Assembly (NCBI GenBank): GCA_963698035.1 | Contig: OY969114.1 | Coordinates: 300,001 to 332,000 of the forward strand | From: Candidatus Saccharimonadota bacterium | GTDB lineage: Archaea > Micrarchaeota > Micrarchaeia > Micrarchaeales > Micrarchaeaceae | Length of the DNA stretch: 32,000 nucleotides | Reading direction: 5' to 3' | In this document: positions 8,202 through 16,443 of the stretch, one piece after another | Position numbering within the stretch: the stretch's first letter is position 1 | How the letters are laid out: every line of letters begins with the position of its first letter | Position numbers and translations under genes: made by a program | Notes under the pieces: model-generated | The model's input: only the letters and a program-made list of their open reading frames with translations | The model's database searches: none | Told to the model about the DNA's origin: nothing

Positions 8202-9113
8202 TTGCCAGGGAAAGGCTTCGAGGAAGTCAGAGAGAAGATGCTTGCTAGCGCAAAGCAGGGAATAAAGAGCGCCTACAGCAGCGAAGAGTATGCCCTTATC
8301 CAGGCAGTAAACGCGCAGATAGAGACGTCGCGATCATACAATCTCGCATACGAGCGCCTTTCGGAATGGTATGGCATATACTTCCCAGAAGTAAGGATGA
8401 GCAATCCAGTTACCCTAGCGAGGCTGGCGATGGTGCTCAATGTAGGTGAGAAAGATAGAAAGTTGATAGAGGACGCGATAAAGGACAGCGCCAAGGCCGA
8501 GGAGGTCCACGCGATGGCGCAGAGTACGATAGGAAGACAGATGGAATTGGAGGAGTCCAAGGCGGTGATAGGATTCTCTAAGATGGTAATATCGCTGTCG
8601 GAGTCTCTGGAGGAACTTGACAGCTACATAAAGTCTGCAGCTACCAGGCTAATGCCGAATACAACTTACCTTACGGACCACATGATTGCTGCGGAGCTGC
8701 TCAGCAAGGCGGGCTCGCTCGAGCGCCTTGCGACCATGCCTGCTGGAACTGTGCAGCTCCTGGGAGCCGAGAAGGCGCTCTTCAAGCACCTAAAGTACGG
8801 CAGCAAGCCGCCCAAATATGGGATACTGTTCAAGCTGCCGGAGGTGACAAATGCCCAGCGCGAAATAAGGGGCAAGATAGCACGCGCATACGCGACAAAG
8901 ATAAGCATAGGCCTCAAGGCGGATTACTTCTCCAAGAATTTCATAGCCAAGGAGCTGAAGAAGAGGCTTGATGACTCTATAAAGAGGATGAAAGAGAAAC
9001 CAATAAAGCCGAAAAAGGAGGGGCAGGCAGAGGGCTTCGAGAGGAGAGGCTACCGCGACAGGGACTCGGACAGGCGCGGCTTTTCAGGAGGAAGGGGCAG
9101 GAGACGGCCATAG
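8202..9113 (+). CDS. nop5: Nop5 (Nop56/58)-like C/D box snoRNP protein lacking the N-terminal domain, with a K-rich/RG-rich C-terminal tail
   Basis: The coiled-coil entry is AYERLSEWYGIYFPEV. The NOP domain is AAELLSKAGSLERLATMPAGTVQLLGAEKALFKHLKYGSKPPKYGILF...RGKIARAYATKISIGLKAD. The start is TTG 8202 or ATG 8229, with an in-frame TGA at 8172-8174. Confidence 0.8.
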   Translation: MPGKGFEEVREKMLASAKQGIKSAYSSEEYALIQAVNAQIETSRSYNLAYERLSEWYGIYFPEVRMSNPVTLARLAMVLNVGEKDRKLIEDAIKDSAKAEEVHAMAQSTIGRQMELEESKAVIGFSKMVISLSESLEELDSYIKSAATRLMPNTTYLTDHMIAAELLSKAGSLERLATMPAGTVQLLGAEKALFKHLKYGSKPPKYGILFKLPEVTNAQREIRGKIARAYATKISIGLKADYFSKNFIAKELKKRLDDSIKRMKEKPIKPKKEGQAEGFERRGYRDRDSDRRGFSGGRGRRRP

Positions 9114-9194
9114 GCCTCCCTTAAAACGTGCCAACGACATGTTAGAAAGCTGCGCTGACAACTTTTGAAAGAAAGTAAAAGCCTGACCAGAAAG

Positions 9195-9202
9195 TATTTA
9201 AA
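9195..9202 (+). promoter_or_regulatory. TATA-box-like element upstream of the radical SAM gene
   Basis: AAAGTATTTAAAG lies about 40 nt upstream of the ATG at 9242, with the SD-like AAAGGTGA at 9228-9235 in between. Confidence 0.4.
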
Positions 9203-9241
9203 GACTTTCGAAGCGCGATAAATGAGTAAAGGTGACTATGA

Positions 9242-11208
9242 ATGCTAAATCAGGGTAATCCGGGTGCACCAAAGCTCTCAGAGGTAGAGGTGCAGATGGT
9301 GGACCAGAATAAACAGAATATAGTTAGCAACATAAACAACGTGAGGCCGGAGGCGGCGCAGGCGGACTCTAAGGACGCTATAGATCCAATTCTTGCAGTA
9401 TACCACAGGACCATCGAGGAGATAGAGAAGATGCCGGTGATAGAGAAGACCATGACGGTCTGCCCGGAGTGCAAGCTCATAATCAACGGCACAATCTACA
9501 AGGACGGGGACAACGTCATGATAAGGAAGTACTGCCCGGAGCACGGCTGGACCATAGAGAAGTACTGGGAGGACTACGACATGTACATGAAGATGAGGAG
9601 TTACAACTACTTACGGAAGGGGCTTCGACAACCCCAACTACATAACGACACAAGGGGGAGAACTGCCCGTTCGACTGCGGGATGTGCGAGAGGCACAAGT
9701 CCCACACCGGGCTTGCCAACGTCGTCATAACGAACAGATGCCACCTCTCCTGCTGGTACTGCTTCTTCTACGCAAAGGAGGGCGAGGCGATATACGAGCC
9801 GAGCATGGCCGAGATAAGACAAGATATTCATGAACCTGAGGAGCCAGAAGCCGATACCGGCCAACGCCCTCCAGATAACCGGAGGAGAGCCGACGATGCA
9901 CCCGCAGCATAGTCGAGATAGTCAAGATGGCAAAGGAGGCGGGCTTCGACCAGATACAGCTCAACACCACAGGAATAAACATAGGGCTGAACCCGGACAT
10001 GGCGATACAAGCTGAGGCACGCGGGCGTCAGCACGCTCTACATGAGCTTCGACGGGGTCAGCAAGAGGGCAAACCCGAAGAACCACTGGGAGGCGCCGCT
10101 CGACGCTCGATGCGGCAGGAAGGCAGGCATAGGCGTGGTGCTTGTGCCTACAGTAATAAGGACGATAAACGACCACGAGCTCGGGGCGATGATCAACTTC
10201 GCGCTCAACAACATAGACGTGGTAAGGGCGGTAAACTTCCAGCCGGTCTCGCTGGTGGGAAGGATGCCTGCAAGGCTGAGGGAGAAGCAGAGGATATCGA
10301 TACCCGGCGCGATAAAGCTCATAGAGGAGCAGACCAACGGCGTAATAAGGAAGGAGCACTGGTTCTCAGTGCCGTACGTCGGCGGGATAAACAAGTTCAT
10401 AGAGGCGCTCACGGGCGAGTACAAGTACGACCTCTCGATACACTTCGCATGCGGCGCAGGATCTACATCTTCCTGGACACGGACAACAAGATAATACCGA
10501 TAACAAAGTTCGTCGACGCGCAGGGGCTGCTGGAGCACCTGCAGAAGGCGGTCAACGAGATGGAGGGAAGTCGCAAGCTCGAGAGGAAGGCTCATAGCGC
10601 TCAAGGCGCTTCTCGGCATGAACAAGTTCATAGACAAGAAGAAGCAGCCGAAGAGCGTCAACTTCACCAAGATGCTCATGTCGCTGTTCCTGAAGCACGA
10701 CTTCGCGACCATGGGCAAGTTCCAGATGAAGACCCTGTTCCTCGGAATGATGCACTTCCAGGACGAGTACACTTACGACATACACAGGGTCGAGAAGTGC
10801 GACATACACTACGCGATGCCTGACGGCGAGGTGCTTCCGTTCTGCACATTCAACGTATTCCCGGAGGTATACAGGGACAAGATACAGAAGCAGTATAGCA
10901 TACCTGCATCCGAGTGGCAGAAGACCCACCCGGACTGGGCCTACGCGAAGGACAAGTACATCAGGAACATAAAGGAGCTCGAGGCAAGTCCGGAGTACAT
11001 AAACACCTACTCCAAGATGATCGACTACTTTGCATTGCCGTCAAACGGCGGAAAGGGCGTGATAAACTTCGCAAACCAGAAGCCGAAGGTCGCGCAGCAG
11101 ATAGTGCAGAAGGCATCTGGATCTACATCCGAGATACCTGCCGGCTTCGAGGAGGTTTCCAGAGATTCGTGCGGATGTGGAAGCGAATCTTGCGGGTGCT
11201 CTGACTGA
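9242..11208 (+). pseudogene. Tes/GDGT-MAS-like (COG1964-type) radical SAM protein, interrupted by about 7 frameshifts (pseudogene or local consensus errors)
   Basis: It has an N-terminal Zn ribbon (CPECK...CPEHG), an auxiliary cluster motif (NCPFDCGMCERHKSHT), the radical SAM CHLSCWYC (Cx3Cx2C) and GGEPT. The C-terminal part contains MHFQDEYTYDIHRVEKCDIHYAMPDGEVLPFCTFN and a CGCGSESCGC tail. These pieces lie in 8 successive frame segments corresponding to ORF-track entries 9242, 9682, 9830, 9927, 10042 and 10618. Confidence 0.7.
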
Positions 11209-11235
11209 TTCCAATAGTGCTTAAAGGTTTTGACA

Positions 11236-11907
11236 ATGGACCGCAGAGAAAATGTTGAGGGTGGCAGCAAATACAAAGAGGACCTTGAGCACGAGCGCCA
11301 GATGGGCAACGTGGAGGAGGCTTGGCTAATCGATGAGAACGGCAACAGGTACAGGATGCCGTATAAGATAATAAAGCAGGTGATATTCAACGGGCTTAGC
11401 CAGAAGGAGATGATAGACCCGCAGTATGCTGCGCGTCTTCAGTACAGGCTCTCGCTCCATGAGCCGATAATAAAGGCGTCGGTCAACTACATTAAGGGCA
11501 GAATAACGATAATATATAACCCGAAGGGCGCAGCGAACAGGAGGGAGCAGATGAGCCTGCAGGAGCTCATAGATGCGCTGGCTAAAGAGGGAGTGCACGC
11601 AGACATGAAGCAGATAGAGGAGAGGGACTACGACTACGTAAAGGAGTTCTACAGCTACGCTTATTTCCCACCAACAATAAGGGAGCATCCGCCGTATGGC
11701 TACACAGATGAGGAGTGGGCCAAAATGAAGGATGAGTGGAAGGAGAGGACGGAGAAGCAGCGTGCCGAGAAGCTGCAGAAGTTCCACCAGTGGCAGGGAG
11801 AGTACATGGAGAGCATAACGAAGACTGGAGACCCGAACCCGGAGAGGAAGAAGGGCCCAAAGGAAAAGAAAGGTGGAGAGAAGGAATTCTGGTTCCACGG
11901 AGTTTGA
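11236..11907 (+). CDS. Hypothetical protein with a Cys-less HMA/ferredoxin-fold-like central region and a K/E-rich tail
   Basis: The ORF has an ATG at 11236 (the track starts at TTG 11230), 28 nt after the radical SAM gene stop. ASVNYIKGRITIIYNP...SLQELIDALAKEGVHA resembles a heavy-metal-associated domain but lacks the CxxC. The assignment is weak. Confidence 0.5.
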   Translation: MDRRENVEGGSKYKEDLEHERQMGNVEEAWLIDENGNRYRMPYKIIKQVIFNGLSQKEMIDPQYAARLQYRLSLHEPIIKASVNYIKGRITIIYNPKGAANRREQMSLQELIDALAKEGVHADMKQIEERDYDYVKEFYSYAYFPPTIREHPPYGYTDEEWAKMKDEWKERTEKQRAEKLQKFHQWQGEYMESITKTGDPNPERKKGPKEKKGGEKEFWFHGV

Positions 11908-11976
11908 TTGGTTGCTTAATTCCGCTGCTCGATGAGGCCCAAAAGGATTGCTTTTATCATTTGGCTATTTGAATTG

Positions 11977-13617
11977 CTAATAGAGCAGCATCTCTGCCGC
12001 GACTGCCGGCTCCTCTATGGCAAAGTTCCTGAGCACTTGTGGATGTATCTCACCGAATGCCGCCACAGCTCTTTTCTCTACCATTACCTTCGCGCACCTT
12101 CCCTCTATGAAAGAGGGGTCGGTTTGGCGCTCGATAGTGAACTCCTGCCCGATGTTTGCTAAGATAGCGCAGAGCACGCTCTTCATCTCTGCGAAGTTCG
12201 CCTTTGAATGGGCGCTTACCAATCCAAGCCTCACCTCTTCCTTAGCCCCTGCCCCTTTGAGAGAGAAGGTTCTTCCGATCTCGAAGAACCTTTGCGGCAT
12301 AGTTGCGCTGGCGGAGGCTGAGAGGTTCTGCATCAGGCTCGGCAGCACAGAGGTCCTCAGCATGGTTATCGCCGAGGTCTTTGAATCAGCTATGCTGACG
12401 TAGCTCTCCTTTGCAGGCTTCTGCTGCATGTTCTTGAAGTTGACTTCCTCGCTTGTAAGTACGCTGTTTATCGCCTCCGTGTAGCCCAGCCCTACCGTAA
12501 GGGCACCGAGCCTGTTTTCGAGGTCCGCTGCATCGTTGGACAACCCTGATGAGATGCCTGCTATTGGAATGGGGGTTATCCTGTCGTATCCGTATGCAAT
12601 CGCTATGTCCTCTATTATGTCCTGCTCGTTGAGCACGTCCACTCTGTATGGCGGGACATAGAAGAGCACGCTTGACCCGTACTTTGCGGCTGTGTAACCC
12701 ATCTTGTTTGCAAACGCAATGACATTGTGCCTGCCTGTCTCAACCCCTATAGTCGTGTCAGCTTGCTTCATGCTCACCTTTATCTCGCGGTAGTCGAGCT
12801 TCGGAGTAGTCTGTATTCCCTTATCGTATCTCACAGTTATCGGATAGACATCTGCGCCAGCATAAAGGAAGGAGCTTGCAAGGACGTTAGCTGCATTCTT
12901 TATCGCGTTAGACGACGTCCCGGTGATGTCTATGAAAATGTCTCTTGTCCTGTCAGTCACTTTTGTCTGCTCGCAGTTGGTTATAGGTATTAGCGCGATT
13001 GTCTTCTCGGAGTCCTTCAGGAATGGATACATAACCCTCTTACTGCCGTAATTCGGCACCGCATCCTGATAGGTTATCCCCTTGTCATGCTGCTTCATCA
13101 CGTCCTCAAACTGCATGTTTCTTGACCTGCCGAGAGGGATAAGCCTACCTGCTGTTGACGCCGAGTAGGCGAGGCCGCCCCGGATTGCGCTAAGCGAATG
13201 GATCCCTATAGCGAGCTTCTTCCTTCTCCTGCCGTAAGTGTCGGCGAACTTTTCTGTGAAATTTATGAGATACTTCAACCTATTTCCCGACAGGTCTGCA
13301 TCCTTTACCACCATACCAGCAAAGTAGGGTCTGACTTTTGCCACGCGAGCATCTACAGCCACGTCAAGGTATGACTTGTTTACGATCTTGTAGAAATTAT
13401 CCTTGGGTTTCTTCCTGCCGGTAAAGCTCTCCAGCGCCCTGATCACCCCGACAAAGTCGAGCAGGTCGGGCCTGTTGGGATTGATATTCATCTTTATCTC
13501 GGATTGATCAGAGAGTTCAATCTCCATTCCGAACGCGGCTGCGCGCTCGAGGAGCTTCTGCCTGTCGGGCTCTATCTTTTTGAAATCCTTCGACTCAAAA
13601 GTTACAATCGCCATCAT
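11977..13617 (-). CDS. pheT: Phenylalanyl-tRNA synthetase beta subunit
   Basis: The archaeal PheT layout begins MMAIVTFESKDFKKI. ATG 13617 overlaps the pheS stop by 1 nt (TGATG). The 40-codon upstream extension in the ORF track lies inside pheS and is rejected. Confidence 0.9.
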   Translation of the reverse strand: MMAIVTFESKDFKKIEPDRQKLLERAAAFGMEIELSDQSEIKMNINPNRPDLLDFVGVIRALESFTGRKKPKDNFYKIVNKSYLDVAVDARVAKVRPYFAGMVVKDADLSGNRLKYLINFTEKFADTYGRRRKKLAIGIHSLSAIRGGLAYSASTAGRLIPLGRSRNMQFEDVMKQHDKGITYQDAVPNYGSKRVMYPFLKDSEKTIALIPITNCEQTKVTDRTRDIFIDITGTSSNAIKNAANVLASSFLYAGADVYPITVRYDKGIQTTPKLDYREIKVSMKQADTTIGVETGRHNVIAFANKMGYTAAKYGSSVLFYVPPYRVDVLNEQDIIEDIAIAYGYDRITPIPIAGISSGLSNDAADLENRLGALTVGLGYTEAINSVLTSEEVNFKNMQQKPAKESYVSIADSKTSAITMLRTSVLPSLMQNLSASASATMPQRFFEIGRTFSLKGAGAKEEVRLGLVSAHSKANFAEMKSVLCAILANIGQEFTIERQTDPSFIEGRCAKVMVEKRAVAAFGEIHPQVLRNFAIEEPAVAAEMLLY

Positions 13618-15089
13618 CAAACCTTTATGTTTTTTCTCGACCTGAGCCAGGAAATGTCGTTCTTGTAAAGCATTGGAATTGCATCCACTCCAAATATCTT
13701 CTGGTTGAGTAGCAACCTGTCGACCCCGCTGCCCCACGCAAGCACAGTCTTGTTCAGCCCCATCGCCTTGGTTATCTCCTTCCTTATTATCCCTCCGCCG
13801 CAGAGCTCTATGAAGTCATCGTGCTCCTTGTCGTAATAGAAGAATTCAAGACTCGGCTCGGTGAAGGGAAAGTAGGAGGGTCTGACGCGCACCTCGTCCA
13901 TGCCCAATTTCGAATAGAAGCTCTTCAGCGTATAAATCAGGTTGGCGAGCGTGAGGTTGTCTCCGACTATTATTCCATCGCAGTTGAGAAACTCCGCAAG
14001 GTGCTTGTAGTCTATGCTTTCGTTCCTGAAGACCGGGCCTATCGAGAACATCTTTACCGGGTAATTGGTGCCAACAGCCTGCGCGAGCCTGTTCATGTAC
14101 CTTGCAGAGACGCTTGTTGTATGTGTCCTAAGCACAGCAGCCTTTGCGAGCTGCTCGCTCCACTCCTCCTTCCATCCTGCCTGGTGCATCTTCTTGACCC
14201 TGTTGAGCAGTTCGACGTCCTCTATAGTTAGCTGCTTGGGATTTGAAAGGAAGAATGTGTCCTGCATCTCCCTCGTGGGATGGTCCTGCGGCGAGAAGAG
14301 CGCATCGAAGTTCCAGAACGCAGTTTCTATTATCGGGCCAGATACCTCTATGAATCCCATCTCGAGCCAGTTGGACCTCATCACATTTATGAATTCTCTT
14401 AGCGGATGGAGACGGGCAGGATAAGATACATCGGTCGGCGCATTGACATCGTATTCTCTGAAATTTTGTTCCCTCCAAGAGCCGCTCTTTATCATTTCTT
14501 TTGTCAACGTGCCCTGCTCTGCTCTGGCGGCCGTAGATGCTTCGGGCTTGGCGCCTGCTTGTGCCAACGAGACCGAAATGATCGACGTTTCCTTCTTCTG
14601 TATAAGCCCCCTGTTCCCGAGTATTCTCACCTTATCCTTTTGCTGGCTGGCAATTTGCGCTGCGTCGCTAGCATTGGCCAGCTTGGCAAGCAGCAGCCTC
14701 ATCGGATAATCCGTTTTTCCTTTTGCTATTTTCGCCCCTTCTTGCGTCAACGATACAACTCCGTTATTTATCGCGACCCATCCGTTCTTTTTGGCCCATC
14801 CGAACGCTATCTGGTCGTTTATTTTGGATGCTGCCTCGCTTTTTACCGACTTTAGCCTCTTTACAAGCGCCTCCTCCGGGAATTCGGATATGTACCTCTT
14901 TCCTTCGGCCGTCAAACTTATTGCTACGCTTGTGCCCCTGCTCACTTTTATGCTTCCCGTCTTTGACAGCTGCTCGATCGCCCAGAGGACGGAATCCTTG
15001 CCCATCCCTGTGGCACGCTCTATATCGTCAGGGGTGGCGCTCCCTTTTTTAGAGAGTGCGCTGAGCAGTTTGACTTCGTACTCATGCAA
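13617..15089 (-). CDS. pheS: Phenylalanyl-tRNA synthetase alpha subunit
   Basis: It has N-terminal wHTH repeats and a class II core (HPxxEMQDTFF, FRNESIDYKHLAEF, GSGVDRL). The likely start is TTG 15089 (M-HEYEVKLLSAL), just after the upstream gene's stop. The ORF-track start at 15146 would overlap that gene by 53 nt. Confidence 0.88.
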   Translation of the reverse strand: MHEYEVKLLSALSKKGSATPDDIERATGMGKDSVLWAIEQLSKTGSIKVSRGTSVAISLTAEGKRYISEFPEEALVKRLKSVKSEAASKINDQIAFGWAKKNGWVAINNGVVSLTQEGAKIAKGKTDYPMRLLLAKLANASDAAQIASQQKDKVRILGNRGLIQKKETSIISVSLAQAGAKPEASTAARAEQGTLTKEMIKSGSWREQNFREYDVNAPTDVSYPARLHPLREFINVMRSNWLEMGFIEVSGPIIETAFWNFDALFSPQDHPTREMQDTFFLSNPKQLTIEDVELLNRVKKMHQAGWKEEWSEQLAKAAVLRTHTTSVSARYMNRLAQAVGTNYPVKMFSIGPVFRNESIDYKHLAEFLNCDGIIVGDNLTLANLIYTLKSFYSKLGMDEVRVRPSYFPFTEPSLEFFYYDKEHDDFIELCGGGIIRKEITKAMGLNKTVLAWGSGVDRLLLNQKIFGVDAIPMLYKNDISWLRSRKNIKV

Positions 15090-15093
15090 AAGA

Positions 15094-15870
15094 TCACTTC
15101 TCCGTCTTAAAGTAGGTGTAGAGGATAAAAAGCAGCACCGCCACAATTATTATGACATATGTGAATATTCCCAGGTAGTTGTATATCGCTGCGAAGAAGG
15201 AGAGCACCTCGTGCTGCACGCTCTCTCCAGTTACGAATGTTAGTGCGAACTTAGATAGAGGCTCCTGATAGAACCATGAAACCGTGGTAACGTTGCTGCC
15301 GGTGATGAATGTCGTCGGGTAGTCTGGAATTGGGAAGATCGTGGTTATCTTGGCTGACTTCGGGAGTATTATGGTGAGGGTGCTGTTTGCGGTAAGTACC
15401 TCGCCGCTCTGCTCGTGCTGGTAGTTGAATACGTCAGGATTGAACGAATAGACGAAGGTCCTCGGCGCGGTCTGGTTGACCGCCGTCACGTTGTTTACAT
15501 CGTAGAGTATTGTTATGACTGCCTGCTGACCGCCTCCAGGAGAGCTCAGTAGCGGGCCGGGGAGAAGCCTGAAGTTGTAGACCCCGGTTTTTGGATTTAT
15601 TATGTGCTGCGTCAGGCTGGACCCTATGATCGACTGCCAGTTGCTTAGCGTGAGGTTGAGCGCGGTCCTGTCTGATATGTACTGGCTGACCGAGCTATTG
15701 CTGACCGAGATGTTGAACGTTTCTTGGACGCTTGCGCTCGTGCTGATATTGAGTGTCACCTGTGTTGTTATGTGGTTGATGGTATAAGAGGCACTGGAAA
15801 GCTGCACACAGCCAACCATGAGAAGGGCAAGTGCTACCCAAACGTAGCGTATCAATCGCTTCACCAGCAT
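15094..15870 (-). CDS. Hypothetical secreted or surface-anchored glycoprotein-like protein
   Basis: It has an N-terminal signal peptide ending in the lipobox-like LLMVGC, 8 N-x-S/T sequons and a C-terminal TM helix followed by YTYFKTEK. Confidence 0.6.
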   Translation of the reverse strand: MLVKRLIRYVWVALALLMVGCVQLSSASYTINHITTQVTLNISTSASVQETFNISVSNSSVSQYISDRTALNLTLSNWQSIIGSSLTQHIINPKTGVYNFRLLPGPLLSSPGGGQQAVITILYDVNNVTAVNQTAPRTFVYSFNPDVFNYQHEQSGEVLTANSTLTIILPKSAKITTIFPIPDYPTTFITGSNVTTVSWFYQEPLSKFALTFVTGESVQHEVLSFFAAIYNYLGIFTYVIIIVAVLLFILYTYFKTEK

Positions 15871-15981
15871 CTATTTTGAAGAATGCATTTATAACCTTAT
15901 TGTATCCAGGAATACGTCGTTGGGGCAGGGTGCTGCACGGCACCCTATCCTTTAAATACCTTTATGGACAAAGAATCCTAA

Positions 15982-16413
15982 GTGATTTCTATGATAACAG
16001 GATTCATAATATCCAAGGTAGAAGGCAGAGTTGATTCTGTAGAGGGGCTTGGAAGGCAGCGATTCCCAAGGCTCAACTACAACTTTGACAAGCTAACCGC
16101 AGAGGCGGACATATTGAAGCTGGATTACGAGTTTACCGCATCATATTTCGACGGGGATGCGAACTCCAAGACAGCCAAGAGCATAGGCGAATTGAAGCTC
16201 TCCGGGGTCATTGAGATAAAGGACACGAAGGAAGCGGTGGCCAGCATAACGAAGAAGTGGAATGAGAGTCACACCCTTCCGTCAGAGCTTGCCGAGGAGG
16301 TGCTGAATAGCCTCAATTTTAGGTGCGGTGCTACCGGCACGCTTGTTGCATATTCGCTTGGGCTGATACCCCCGATTGTAATATCCCAGACAAAGATACA
16401 GGACAAGAAGTAG
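15982..16413 (+). CDS. Hypothetical protein (first gene of the polB-map operon)
   Basis: This 143-aa ORF sits about 25 nt downstream of the TATA-like TTTAAATA (15951-15958). The tail ...GTLVAYSLGLIPPIVIS weakly resembles a SecB-like fold, but I do not consider that reliable. Confidence 0.5.
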   Translation: MISMITGFIISKVEGRVDSVEGLGRQRFPRLNYNFDKLTAEADILKLDYEFTASYFDGDANSKTAKSIGELKLSGVIEIKDTKEAVASITKKWNESHTLPSELAEEVLNSLNFRCGATGTLVAYSLGLIPPIVISQTKIQDKK

Positions 16414-16443
16414 TTCTCTGCTTCTGCCCTGACCGCGCCTGGC

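Noticed and set aside
9927-10823. A 298-aa Arg/Gln/His-rich plus-strand ORF, plus many long ORFs on both strands between 9516 and 10929 (for example 10038-10772 minus, 244 aa). These could suggest overlapping or overprinted genes.
   Set aside because: Most of this ORF is an off-frame reading of the radical SAM gene, and only short stretches coincide with the true frame. Strong codon bias (NNG/NNC, few TTA/CTA/TCA) keeps alternative frames open. The products are low-complexity and the real homologous reading hops between frames.
13618-13737. A 40-codon N-terminal extension of pheT, and similarly the 15090-15146 extension of pheS.
   Set aside because: Both extensions lie inside the upstream gene in another frame. 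The conserved N-termini begin at ATG 13617 and TTG 15089 respectively.
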